A stretch of DNA of 64,000 bases, from assembly GCA_001643675.2 (NCBI GenBank), contig LSRY02000010.1, forward strand, positions 1,736,001 through 1,800,000. Direction: 5' to 3'. Shown piece after piece: positions 12,700-26,832 of the stretch. The stretch is from Monocercomonoides exilis PA203. Its lineage: Eukaryota > Protista > Preaxostyla. The translations under genes were made by a program, and so were the position numbers. Each line of letters starts with the position of its first letter. Position 1 is the first letter of the stretch. Under the pieces are notes generated by a model. It was not told the DNA's origin and did not search any database. It saw nothing but the letters and a program-made list of their open reading frames with translations.

Positions 12700-14114
12700 G
12701 ATTACAATGGAGAAATGTGTTTAGGATATTTTATGATGCATTCAATCTCTTTCTCTCTCTTTCTCTCTCTCTCTCTATTTTTTTTTTTTTTCATTCACTT
12801 GTTTTAAATATCTCTGCTTTCTCTTCTTTCTCTTCTTTCATCTGCTCGTTTGTTGTTATGTTGTGTATGTTGTGATACAGTTTGTAATTATTCAACTGTA
12901 GCACTGTTAAAGTATTGTGGGTTGAGTGCACCCACCACAATTTTTTTGATTATTTTAATTAATTTTACCATTTTTTCAATTTTGATTCATACATTTTTTA
13001 ATTTTTTTGGTTAATCTGCACGAAATTTTATGTATTCCTTATTATTTTTTTTGCATCATGCTGCTTCATTTCAAACTGAATTGTTTAATTTGCATTTGAA
13101 CTTAATAATTTTCTTTTATCTGCATTGTCTCTTTTTACCTCTCTTTTTAAAACAAGTTGTCTTAAGTATTATGGAATGTATCATTTCTTTCTCTTTCTTT
13201 TTTATTTTTAAAAAAATTATTTTTCTTTTTTTCTTTTTCTTTTTTTTTTCTGATATTCACTTCACTCTTTTCGCGCTTGTCATTCACACCTCAAAGCGAT
13301 AAGTGCGTTCTTGTCTTTTTGTCATTTTCACTGAGCTTTTTTTTATTGGCATTCTTTTGATGAGGTGCCTATTAATAATGATAGTTATTACACATTATCT
13401 GTTGATTTAATACAGCCATTGAGAAAAGGTGAAATACTTTGAGACAAAAGTTGTTTTCAATCAATATGAATTGTGTTAACAGAAACAAAGAAAACAAAAA
13501 AATAAAGATTGTTTTAAAAAGACGCCCTCAAATTCAATAAAAATACAATATATATAATAATGGAAAAGGTTATGGAAAATCAAAAACATTTCACCGAAAA
13601 CAAGCGAAATTTTAATGAAAAGATGCAAGTTCACATAAAAGATTAAGAGCTAATAACTGAGGTGATCAATGAAGATTTAATCTGAATACAAGTGAAATTA
13701 AAATATAAATATTTTCAAAAGGAAAAAAAAAAAGAAAGAAAAAAGAAAATAAAAATAAAAATAAACTTATTGAAACGATCAGAGGAAAAAATGCATTTGG
13801 AACTCCTAACAACTTGTATAAACATTCGTTCAAAAATATAAAAATATAATAAAAATAAAAATTATAATTATAAAATAAAACCAAACAAAATTCCCACAAA
13901 GGCTGAAGAAATAAAACAAATGCAGAATTCGATCATACAAAATAACATGGAGATAAAACATTCAAATACTACGAGCAAATGTCAAAGACAACCCCTGACA
14001 TCTTTTAAAAATCGCAATCAAGTTACACATTTACAAACACGTAATTAAACCTACTGCCAAATTCAAAAATGAAACATCCAACAAACAACAACAAAAATTA
14101 TCTACTAAGTTTTT

Positions 14115-15458
14115 CTATTCATCTTCAAAAATCTTGTCATAAGCAGTCGACAAGAGCTTGTTCGCCGTCTGTGAAGCAGCCTGGGCTGCTGCAGACCTAA
14201 CCTGTGGATTCTTCGCAGCAGCAATCGCGGCATCAGCCGCCAGCTGCTGGACCTGCGGGTTTGCTGCTGCTGCAGACGCTGCCTGCTCGGTGGTGCTGCC
14301 ATTTATCATGGCTCCGCCGGCAACGACAGCCGCCTGCTGCATCAATTGCTGGGTTTCGGGCCTAAGATTTTTCAAAACGGTTAAATAATAATTAATAATG
14401 AGAATGAAACAAGGATAGAAGAATAGACATTTAATCAAGAAGTTTCAATAAAAAAAGAAAAGAAAGAAAGAAAAATAGATTTTATTAAATAAAAGCAGAA
14501 GATATTGAAATTTTTTAACAATAAAAATTTGCAAACATTCGAGCTGTCTCAGCCATCACGTTAGGTCTATTTTCGTTTGATTGAGATGGTGCAGAATAAG
14601 GTACTGATGAATCATGCTGATACGGATATGGCTGCGGGGCTGCTTGGGAATATCCTATCCCTGCATCTCCTGCTACTGACGGATATTGATTGCTTGATGC
14701 CATTGGTTGAGTTTGATTCAATTGAACCTTTGATTGTTCCCACCCTTGAGCTTCTCCTTGTTGTTGATACTTTTGTACTTGTTGTTTTTTCCATTCTTTG
14801 TCCAAACATCCAATAACTATATGAAATACTCCAATAATAATTGTTAACGATCCAATCAAATATCCAATCCATTCTCTCTTTGGCACCGATTCGTAAGCAG
14901 CCATTGACAAAGTACCAAGGCTATAAAACAGAAATTATCACATTTTCAAAATTCAAAGAGGGCAATTAGTAATGGCATACAATACCAAGAATAATGCACG
15001 ATAAGTTGGACTTAAAAGGAATAAAAATATATTTCCAATAAATTTGACTTTAAATTCGACAAGCAGCAACACAAGTGCGAAAATTCTATTCGATAAATGT
15101 GTTTATTTATCATTCATGTCATTCCGAAAGATATAAAAAATAACTAAATTGTGAAAGCATACAGTGTATATATTGAAAACAAAAATGGAGGGAACATGTT
15201 TTTAACTTTCATGGAAATTAAATAATATGGACAAAAGCCTCCAATCATGACTATTAGTACAGGGCATATAACAAATACGCTGATAGACACGAATACTTTC
15301 ATTGCTTTGGATGTGAAGCAGCTTTTGCACAGCTGTGAAGTGGTAGGTCCTTGAGGTTGTGCATTTGCAACTTGATTTTGTTGTGGTTGTGCAGGTGCCT
15401 GTTGCATAGTTTGGGTAGCATACATGGCACTTTGCGAATCAATTTGAGATTCGTACAT
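14115..15458 (-). CDS. COPI-associated/Tvp15-like multi-pass Golgi membrane protein with Q/A-rich termini; 4 exons (introns 15162-15086, 14980-14921, 14536-14362)
   Basis: Spliced product has hydrophobic helices and SIYTLIFALVLLLVEF...YFLFLLSPTYRALFLVFLGTL...IGSLTIIIGVFHIVIG, resembling the COPI_assoc pattern (F.FL....R..F..F.G.L). Confidence 0.7.
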
Positions 15459-16076
15459 TTTGTGAAATAATTAATGTATTATGGGTGTTCTCTAATTAAT
15501 TATTCTCAATAATTATGAAATATTTGTAAAAAACAGCAACACTTTTTTTATTACGTTGATGAATATTCAAAAAATTTTTTTAAATTTTATTTTTTTTTTT
15601 TAAATATTGCATTTTTTTTTCATTTATCTGTATTTGCTGTTCTAACATGAATGCTTATTTTATATTTTCATATACAAGTCAATGTGCAACAATTATTTTT
15701 AGATCTCCATTAGAAGAAAAGGTATTCAAAAGAACAAATTCTCTTAGAAGTAACTTCAAGCAATCATATTGTTTTTGTATTTCCATTTGTTTGACAAAAA
15801 TTCAAAAAATTCAACTTGATTTTTGGTTTTGAGCAGCTTTTATCGGTCCAATTTATTCAAGTGAAAAGATAAATAACATATTACGGTCATCATTTGTGGC
15901 ATGGATTGTTATTTTTGATATCATATTCTTTCTTTCAAAAATTTCGAATCGGAAATTTTGATGGAATACTAACAAAAGAACTCTGAAAAGAGAAAATACT
16001 AATAAAAGATATCTTCATTTTTATTTCAGCTTTAACATTTGTTTTTGAAATGGTTTTGATGAAATTTATCATTATA

Positions 16077-16451
16077 CAGGTATCGCATAAAATACCGGAC
16101 ATCGCACAAAATTCCGGACAAGATCATTTTCTCAACAACAACTCAAAGAGAAAATTTGATAATATTCCTCAAAATACATCTTATCAATACAAACTCATTT
16201 GATACACAAGACTTTCAAAGCAGCTTTTTTGTGCTCTGAAAAAATTATTTTTAAAATCTCGGAGAAACTCAAAATCCTATTTCTCCGAAATATCAAAAAT
16301 AATTTATTCTGAGAACAAAAGAGGCTATTAAAAAGTCTTGTATATCAAATGTGTTTGTATTGACGAGATGCATTTTGAGGAAAATTAACAGGATTATTCC
16401 TCTTGCAGTTATTGAGATATCGATCTTGTGTGGTATTTTGTGCGATATCTG
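16077..16451. mobile_element. Foldback MITE-like element, copy 1 (375 bp, TA-flanked, long inverted arms)
   Basis: TA|CAGGTATCGCATAAAATACCGGAC ... GGTATTTTGTGCGATATCTG|TA; arms of about 170 bp around the hairpin CGGAGAAA-CTCAAAATCCTA-TTTCTCCG; homologous to 48486 and 49236. Confidence 0.85.
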
Positions 16452-17665
16452 TAATACAAAATCTCAATTCAACAACAAACAGCATATGAAAAATCAATAC
16501 CTTCATAAAAGTTATGATTTCAAAAATAAACACCCACATCAAAAAGTTTTTTTTTATGTATTTATTATCAATAAATTTTTATTCTGATACAAAGTATTTT
16601 TCGAATAAATAACAAATAAATCACAATTATTTCAAAATCCAATACAGCATTAACCGGATATAATCACATCGAATATAATCTACATCGTTTATTGTCACAT
16701 TTTTTGAAGGACCGATATTTTTTCGTTTTTTCATTCATTTCCCATTGCATATAATAACAGGGTTGAAAATATATTATCACATTTTTAATTATAACTGGTA
16801 GTTTTTTCATTGAAAAATCGATTTTTTGATTTTTCAAATCGATATTTGAAAAACTCTTTATGATGAATAAGATGACATGAATTGTTTTTTTCTTTCGAAA
16901 GACGAGTCTTCGTAAAGAATTTCCAACAATAAAAAGATCAACCAATTATTAATAAAACTTCAATTTGTGAATTTTATTTTCTTCTGTGAAAAGTTGCTTC
17001 TTGTGTAATCACAATCGAATGTTGCAATAAAAAGATATGCAAAACCCAATGTGATAACATCCGATTTTGACTGTACTCATTTTTTATCGAAATGTGTGTT
17101 TCAAAAACAGTTATTTTTTTAATAAAAAAATATTAATTAAAAAATTAACACTATTCTATTATTCTTTGGGAAATAAAAAATTGGAAAACCAAAACTTGAA
17201 GTATTTCGATAAAATTGACGCAATTATTTATTAATTCTCAAAGGAGAAGAGAGAAAAAAACTCTGTCAAGGAAAGAGAATGAAAAAAAAAAAAACTTTTC
17301 ACAAAAATTTGCCTTCCCTTCTTGTCTCCCATCATTTGTTCTCAAACAAGTTGATGCTAATTGAAAACAAGTGACAATAAAGCGTTCTGTTACATTCGTT
17401 TTTCGTTTCGAAAAGTTCATTCTGTCAAATACCTTCAGCCATGCTCAGTTCTTCAACATTCACAATATTACACAATAAATAATTCACGTTTGCAAACACA
17501 ATAAAACTTCACAGCTGACATTTCTTCTTTCGAAACATATGCACGAGACAGCATGACCGTTCAAAGCTATTGAGGAAATCACTTGACGCCTTTTTTTCTA
17601 AATAATCCATGATGATCTTACAAGAATTCATCTTTGGGCTTCAGCCTTTTTCAAAATAAAATTCT

Positions 17666-20600
17666 TCAACAAAAGCTCATTTTTGTTGAGGATTCATTGG
17701 CTTCCTGAGTTCTTGGCTCATTCATATCAACAGCATCGGACATTGTGAGCATTGCAGCTTCTGGTGGAAATATTTTGATCAGCTCTCTTTTAACCTCCAC
17801 AAGGCTTGGTCGATCCGATGGATTGTGCGAAACACATCGATGAATCACCCCAAACAGCTTTGAGGAGTTAATCACTTCAAGATTTTGTCTCTCACCGTTC
17901 ACAATCTTCTGCCCAGCAATCTCTGCTTCATATTCTCCAAATGGTATCTGCAGTGTCAGGCACTCCCACAGCATCATCCCGATCGAAAAGGCAACAGACT
18001 CCTTCGTTGCTCCCATCTTCTTGTTCATCAGCAATTCAGGCGCCTTCCATCGCAGACACTCTTTTTTGTAATAATCTTCATCCTCAAAGGCAGACGAGGG
18101 AAGTGAATCATCATCTTCGTTATTATCACTTGCAGATGTGACAACAGTTGATGATGAGATCGATGATGAATCAGAGTCATCTGATAAAAGGTCTGAGTGC
18201 ATCACGATGCAGATGACCATATGTTCTGAGAATAATACAATGTGAGGGCTCAGATTGGCCAATGATTGGAGTGGGTTTTCCATTTCATCAAAGGAGTGGA
18301 GTGCGAGATTGGCCACCCAGAACAGGATTTGAGCTGCTGTCTGCTCCCTTTCCTTCAATGAGCCAATTGCCATCTCTTTCTTCTCATTCCTTCCATGGAG
18401 CAACATGAACAGCGAATCCCTCAAGTCCACAATCAGCTTCTCATGAGGCGATGAACAGGCCATTGCATCCACCAGATTCGACATGGATGAAGTGGTTGGG
18501 CAAAGATCCTCTCCTCGAACAAATGTTGAATCTGTATCTGATGTGTCTGTGGTCGAAGTGGATGAGATGGAAGGTGATGGAGTTCTCTTTCTTATTTCTT
18601 CTTCCTCATCTTTCTCCAATGCCCAATCTGGAATCTTGTCTGAATCCTTTCCCAGAATGTATTCAGTCGATCCGCTTTCACTCAGTAAATGCTCTGATGA
18701 TTCTGAATGTTCTATATTCGTGTCATATATTCTCTTCTTTATCCTCTCTTCATTCTTTTTCTCTGTTTCTCTCTCTGCCCTTCTCCACTGCTCTTCCGGT
18801 GACATCTCCATCATCACCATATTAAATGCCTTTTGATCCTTCTTCACTGTGTCATTCACAATCTCTTCTAATTCCCTTGTTCTTCTCTTTTGTTTTCTCC
18901 ATCGAACGGCCAGAACAATAATGACTACAAATAGAATAACAACAATCACAATGCAAACAATCAATAACCAATACGATTTCCCTTCTTTTCCTCTCTCGAC
19001 AATCCTTTCATCTCCACTTTGTTTAATTGCACTTCTGTTCTTCAGCACAAACTCCTTTGTTGATGATAAATTATCAACTTTTCCAAACAGAACGCACACC
19101 CTCACTTCTGCTTCACTTGGCACACCTTCGATTGCCTTGACAGGAACAGTCCCATGTACCTCCTCCTCTGATATGAAACCGCTTGTATCAAACGAATATT
19201 TCTCAACCACTTCCTCATCCCCAATTGCTGCAACTATCTCGAACGAGAGGTTGCACGGAAGGAGAATCGATCCTCTGAACACAATGTCCACTATCTCCCC
19301 TGACTTTTCCGATGATACACTCTCCACCTTCGGGATGAAAAATGGTGATTCTCTTTCTCCTGCAATCCCTTCCAATGAACATCCTTCATTCAATATCCAC
19401 AATGATGTATTTGGCAACACTCCATCTCCTCCCTTCAAGCTCACAACATTCAGTTCTCCACTGCCTTGGCACACAATATTCCTCCTTGCTGATCGAAATT
19501 TCTCTATTCTTCCATCGTTGCTCACAAACTCATCTTTTTCGAGCTTCACACTTGAACGTTCTATTCCCACCCCGCCTTTCGACGAGTTTGCGATTGTTGA
19601 ATCTTTCACATAAACGCTGCAGTTTATTATCTCGATGACAGATCCATTCCATTTGCACACATCATTTTCTTCTTTTATTTTTGTTCTTTTTGACTCTTCA
19701 TTTTTCTTGTTTCCTTCATCATCCAAATCTCCAAAAACGCAACATGAATCAATCAACGCTTCCTTCAAGTTATTCAAGCTAACAACTGATCCTTTTGGTG
19801 TATTCAAAAAGCACTGACTGAATGTGCAGTTGATCAACTGAAGATCGTCGCAGACACTTTCGCATTTTACAACACTTCCATCCATCCCATCAGAGGTGAT
19901 ATTCACAAATGAGGAAATAAAAATTGATTGTGATCCCTTTGCAAAGTCGCTCAATTTGTTGTTTTCCAGAGCATCCTTCGTATAAATGGTTGAAGTTCCG
20001 TCGTTGCTGAGACAAATGAAGCATCCATTCGCAATTGTGGTATTTTCAGAAATGGCATTTGAAATCATAACTTGCGAATAAACACTTGAAACAATTGCAC
20101 TGTTCGCGAGTTTCAGATCGCCAAAAGTGACATTTGTCAGTTCAGCTGAGCAAGCTCCCTCAAAAATCAGCAAAGGAGCTGTCATAGCCTGTATTTCTTT
20201 GATAACTCCTTCATTCAGTACAAATACTCCGCTTTTCACAATAACAAGACTTGAATTCAAACAGACTGAGGACTGGCATGAAAAATAACACGAATCAATC
20301 AACAAAGAGCCATTTATCTGTTCCAAAATTGCCGGGTGCTTGCATGCAAATTCAATGTCGAACAAAAACTTGCAACTCTCAGCAACACACTCTTCGGAAA
20401 AGCAAATAATTCCCCTGCTTTCATTATTGAAGGGGATTGATTCACAAAAGTTCAACAGAGCATCATCTTTCAGTGATGAACCCAATCGCAAATTCGAAAG
20501 AGCAGTCTCTTCAACAACAGCTGCCGAGCCATTAATCCAAATGCTATTTCGAAATCCTGGTTCAACATGAGAGGATGCGCACGAAATAGAACGACACGGA

Positions 20601-23600
20601 TTTGTTTGTGATCCACACAAACGGCTGTCCTCAAACCCCTCCGATACAAAGATGGCTTCTCCTTTGAAAAACCGAATATATTCCATCAAGTCCACATCAA
20701 ATACCACCCTGTCACTTCCACAGATTGAGTTATTGCTCTGAAGCGCTGTCTGATTGAAGTCCAGTGAGAACAACGTTTCATTGATCTGCTCCACTATTGA
20801 CTCGCATTGGATGAAAATGTCTTTTCCAACATATGCATTGTTCACAACAAATACATCATTCTTTATCAGAAGTCCAATCTCTCCAATTCCTGAACTCGAT
20901 ATCCCATCCTTGTTCTGGCAGTTTATCATCATCCCTCCTCCTCTTCCCTCAACTGTCGAGGATGCACACCAAACAAATGAGCATCCTTCCACTGTCAGAT
21001 GGGAATATTCATGTTCCAAGCATATCATTGCTCCTCCGCCTTCTTTGCTTCCCTCACTCACGCACTTTTCCAGATTGCTTTTATTCACAATGAATTTCAT
21101 CTCCCATAACCCACTGCCACTTACTATTCCAGCTCCTTCATCCTCACGAGTTATAAATGAAAAATTCGAGCAACTGATTGTGATTGCTGTTTTGCTATTT
21201 ATCCTTCCCGAATTGCCTCGATGATTCAATGCTGAACCAATTTTTGAATCAGAATTCGTGCCTATAATACTTGCTCCAGTCACATTTATTGAAGCGGCAC
21301 TGAGAAATTCCACACTTGCAACTGATACAGAAGATCCAAGAAGCAGGAATGCTCCTGAAAGCGAAAAGCCAACTATAAATACATGATCAAGCATTGCACC
21401 ACCACTCACAATATTCAGAACAGTTGGATGGACTGCCATCTGGGAAACTGTCGCATTAGATACAAAAGAGCAGCGAGAAACTGACAGTGAGGATGTTGCA
21501 GCAGAAAACAAAACAAAAGATGTGTCAGCATCTGATGTTGTTGGAAGAAAAAATTTCAGATCAGAAAACGATAGTTGAACTGTTGAACAAATGGTTGCTG
21601 CATCAGCGCCATTTACACTGCATGCAAAAACATTTGTATTATTCGATAGTCCTTCCATCAATACCGATGGAGTGGTCAATGAAGGCGCATCGGAAAATGC
21701 AGAAAACGAAATCGGGTTATTGATTGAAGCTGACTGAATGAGTGTTATAGAAGTTGGTGAAGTGAGTGAATTTGGAGGGAATTGAACAGAAAATATCTGA
21801 TCCACTGTCATGCACGGAGAAACTTCATATCCACATCCACTGAAGTCTGCTCCAGCTTTCCCATCCACAAACCCATTTCCAGACAGATTATTCCATAAGA
21901 ACACAACCATAGGAATCACATATTCCACTCCAGTCGTCAACCTCTCGTACCCACATATTTCTTCCAATGATGATAACTCCTCACAACTTAAATTCCAACA
22001 AAAGTGTTGTTCATTGATAATTTCTTTCAAGTGATCTCCATTCACAAAAATATTCTTTCCTTTCCATGCTAAACACTGATCAAATCTCAATTGTTCCAAT
22101 GCAAAATTTGTTGCTCCATTCCCCAGTTCCAAGAACATCCCTCCTCCGAGTCCTTTCCCATCATCAGTTCCATTTCCTGCACAACATCCTTCAAACACAC
22201 TGCTTCCATTTGCAACAAGACAATCACCAGTTCCAAGTGAAATATATGTCCCTCCTCCAAATGTTGCACTTCCTTCTGCGCAACACTCGCTCACATTGCA
22301 ATTGTCTATCATAAGTTCACTCGCTATTCCAGTTTGCCCTCCGTTCCATCCTGCATATATACATCCTCCATTTCCATTCATGTTCGTTAATCCAGAAAAT
22401 CTGCAATTCTTGAAATCAGCAAATCCATGCAGTCCATGACACATTATGAACGATTTTGATTGTATTACCGCTCCGTTCTTTGTCTCAAAGTTTTCCACTT
22501 CTAATCCCCCTTCTTCAATATCTGCAAATCCATATTCCACAGCGGAGCCTTGTGAGATAACTTCGAATACTATCGAACAGTTAATCAATAACAATGAAGA
22601 TTTTGAACAACTGATAAAGAAAGAGGCTGATTGTAATGCAGAAGGAAGCCCAAAACAAATGTTGTAAAACGAAGCACCCGCTGTCACAGTCACAAAAGAT
22701 GAAGAAGAAAAATCCGAAGGAGCAAGAATTGAAACCTGCAATCCCTTGTCCATCGCAGAGATATTCCATGGGCGTTGTGATACAATTAATTGCTCATCAA
22801 CTTGCAAGCAGTCATCAATGACAATCAATGGTGAAGATGTTGGGAATAACGTGCGAATGGTGTGCATTATAGTCAAACAGGGAAAAAAGGAAAGTCCACA
22901 GAATGATGAATCCAATCCTCGCGATGGATCTCCAGTTACATGTGCAGGCGCATTAAAAGGAACAAGAAATGCATTCAGCGAAAATGGATTCAGAGTCGGA
23001 ATGAGTCGATCGCAACACATCAGATCATCTGATGAGGATTCCTCAAATGATATATTCAATGTTCCATTGTTCAGCCAAACAGATGACAAAGCACTTCCAT
23101 TTATGAAAACATTGTTACCTCCATTATTTGCGCTGCACTTGCAAAATGTGATGTCAGACAGACAGAAGTCAGTTGCACCTTCAGCCATCTCAATATATAT
23201 CCCTCCTCCAAATCCGCCACAATGGCAGCTCGTGAATAATGTGGAAGAACTTTGTGATCCAATCTGAAGCAAGCTACTCTCATGATCGAGAAAGATTGCT
23301 ATCCCTCCTCCATTTCCTGAAATGCATGAACAATTCTCAATTGTGTTGTTCATCATCTTCAGATGTTCGTTTAAAGCAGTGCGAATTGATAGAATGAGTC
23401 CACTTCCTGTTAAGAGAGTAACATTCGCAACAGTAATATTGCTCAGATGGCTATCTTCTGCCTCCGAACATGAAGAATGATGGAATAGACTTTCAGATGT
23501 TGTTATATTACAGATAAGAAGATCTCTAATTTCCACTTTCTTGAGGCAAACATCAAATACATGTGATGAAACTTCCAATTCTTCTATATTGAAAGTCGAT

Positions 23601-25774
23601 GAAAAAATTGCAACATTGCTGATTGTGAGCAAAGAAATCGAATCAGATTGGAATATAGTAGGAGTTGGAACAGTTGTTGAGTTCTGGTCAACACTGAAAG
23701 AAAGCACATAAAGCGTTCCACAAGAAATTGAAAACAGAGATGAGTCAGCTGGGAGCAAATCTGTTGCAAGCTGCACATTTTGTCTAGAAGATCCCGTTAT
23801 TTTCAGTGTCTTGGAATCGAGATGTAGTGGAGATGGTTCTGACGAAATTAATCCCTCCAAGAGAGTAATCGTTGATAAAGAAATGGAATGAAGTGAAGAA
23901 ATAGCTTTTTGCACTGTTCTGCATGGAGAAAATTCGTCATTACAAACAGAACCAATCAAATCTTGACCATCATTCCCCACAAATTGATTCATGCAAAATG
24001 GTTCCAACCATCCTGTTGCATATCGAACTCCTTCAGCATAATTGAGATAGATGGATTGTGAAGCGCACGTTGTGAAAGACTTTACAAATGGAGGCGGATT
24101 TTGTCTCAAGTGATTGACTGTATCTGATAGCTCAACATCAACTCCTTTTGGAACGTTACTCTTGCAGAAGCTTTCATAATATAAATGAAAATAGAAAAAG
24201 ACCAGGTCTTTATTTTCCAAATTAATTCCGTACCAATGAAAGGACCCACCCCTTTCGTTTGCTGAGCAATTGGAAAAAAAGCAATTACGAACTTCAATTG
24301 TTCCAGATGGAGACATACATAATCCTCCTCCAGCATCTTCAGAAACAGAGCATTGAATGAGACTACAATAAGCTATTCCTGTTTGACTCTCAATTCCATT
24401 TTCTTTAGAGTAGCTCGTAATACTATGAGGCTCAAATGAAGTGCGAATAGCTCCTCCTGCTCTATTGCAAGTGCATAATGTGAAATAGCATCCAGTTATG
24501 ATTGGTAATTTCAAAACATAATATAAAACTACTGCTCCACCTTCTTTTGTTGAAACACACTTATTGAATGAACAGTTGTGAAGTTTCACAGAGCAAATTG
24601 TTTCAGTGAACACTGCACCTCCACCACTTGTTGTGGAATTGCAGAATGAAAAATTACATTGCATTATCAATATTGAAGTCTCCAGCAGATTTCTGCAGTA
24701 AATTGCTCCACCGGATGTTGAATTGATATTTTCCCATTTGCAATAAAGGAAAGAATGATTCCCTTTTTCAGTAATTGACAGTCTTTCCATCCTTTTTAGA
24801 TTAGTCTCGTTGCCTTCATGTTGGATGTTGCCGTTTGAAGAGCGATGGAAGTTTTTCAAAGAGCAATTGAACAGCCCAAGAGAGTTAGAAGGCATACTTA
24901 CAGAAAACACAATTCCCCCATAGATTGCATCTGGTGTTTGGTTGAAATTGCAGTTACCCAGAAATGAATAGCAAAATCCCTTTTGAAAACTTTTTTTCGT
25001 CTTTGAGGCAGATGTGACATTGAAAAAAGAAGATGAGCTCACAGTAATTGAGCATGCAGTTACTGCATTTAAAAATGGTGTGGATAACAATTGTAATGAT
25101 GAAAACTTCGAGTTTAAAACACAAAAAGTGCCCAACTTTTCATCAGCCGAAGCTGACACACAAAATAGTGGAGGAACAAATCCACATGAACTCTCGTGCA
25201 AAAACGAAATGTTGTCTAGAACAGCATTTCCACTTTCAAAGGCCAACGGAGAAACAGCGTTCTCGTTCGACAAATAAAGCATAACTGAAGACACAGTCAG
25301 TGCTGACTGCTTCATGAAAATAACATTTGCATGTGAATGAACAGGAGAAACAATAAGACTTGAAACTTTTGCGGATGAATTCAGAAGCACAATTTCAGTC
25401 TTTATCAATGTGGTAGGATGATGTTCAAAAATTCGCTTTTTTTCAACAGTGCTGTAATAATCATTTCTTTTGTGTTCTGAAAAGCCTGAAATAAATGGCA
25501 TTCTGAATAAGCTATTTTGAACGGTATAATAAAAATAGTTCAAGCAATTGGCACAAATAATTTAATCATTTTTCAAAATTAAAAAATAATTGAACAAGCA
25601 AAACTCTTTTTGACCCTGCTGCTCTTTATAGCCTGCACTTTCAAAATTATTTTCAGGTGTGCAATCGGTTAAAGCGTAATCTTCATCATTGGCGAGAAAA
25701 GTATTTGAACAATTGCAAAAATCATTCCAAATTATCTTCAATATTGTAAGTGCTAACAAACGCATCATTATCAT
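17666..25774 (-). CDS. Giant type I membrane protein: repeated beta-helix (pectin-lyase/Pmp-like) ectodomain, one TM helix, degenerate TKL-type kinase domain; short first exon (25774-25605) plus a 7.8-kb exon
   Basis: 2,625-codon ORF with GGAI/GGGI repeats and four G.D..CG....PC.T modules; TM YWLLIVCIVIVVILFVVIIVLAV (about 18906-18974); kinase C-lobe RWKAPE, FSIGMMLWECLTLQIPF, DRPSL. An upstream exon MIMMRLLALTILKII joins in frame through the phase-2 intron 25604-25512. Confidence 0.85.
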
Positions 25775-26832
25775 TAAAAAATAGAAATTATTTTTTGATC
25801 GCACAGAGTCAAAAGATGAAACAAAATGCCGCAGCTTCAAATAATAGATATCTTTCGACAACTGTGAATTGTTTTCAAATAATAGTAAATACTGAAAGCA
25901 AACAAGTTGTCACTTATCGTTTAAGCTGTTAATTGAAATTTCTATGTTGAACATGAAATACTGCACACTTTCAACAAAAGTCATTTCTTCACTGATAATC
26001 CAGTAAAAATCGTAACGCGCCTGTCTCCCTCTGCATGACACTGTCTTTTTTGGTAATCAATAAAATGAAATTGTTATAGGTTAATGAAAAAAAATTTTCA
26101 ATTCCCTCAGTTGGCGAAGGCTTTTCGTTATTTCATAGATTATGTTGGTTCACTTTGTTGTGAACATTCATTCTCCATAAAAAAATGTTATAATTTTTGT
26201 TCTATGAAAGAAAAATCAATCGAATATACATAAAATTTTCCCTTCTTAATTTGAAAATGATTGAATGTTTTTTTGTTGTTTTTTTGAAAATCAAAAAATC
26301 TCCCGAAACAACTTTATTTCTTAATATAACAATTGTTTCCAAAAAATGAATTAGACTTCGACAGATTTCATGAGTCATACTCGTAACAAATGCTTCTTAT
26401 CAGCAATGACTACAACGTACTTGTTATTAGTTCATTTTTTAGAAAGAATCACATTCTCCACGAAATATCTAACATCAAGTGATATGATCAAAACCAATAG
26501 AAAATATATTTTCGAAATTTATATTTTCCTCTCTGATAGATTGGTGTGAATGTTTGAAATCAATATAATAAACAGAACATTTATTGTCCAACTGCAAAAA
26601 GATAATAACCAAAAAAAACTTTAATAGTTTGTTTTTCCAATTTTTCTAAAAATATAAACCAAAAAGAAACAAAACAAAAATCGATTTCAATTTTTTTTTA
26701 AAAAAAAAAAAAGTCCACTTTTTTTGAACAAATTTATTTGAAAAACATCAATTTTAAATATATGTATTTCGAAAATTTTTATTTTGCAAATTTTTTGATC
26801 ACAAAAAACCATAAGGTGATAAATATTTTAGA

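Noticed and set aside
16077-16125. Tandem 19-bp repeats as a possible CRISPR array
   Set aside because: Only two abutting units, no spacers, no cas genes, eukaryotic context.
26501-26529. Short AT-rich palindromes (also about 16830-16852)
   Set aside because: Expected by chance at this AT content; unrelated to the foldback family.
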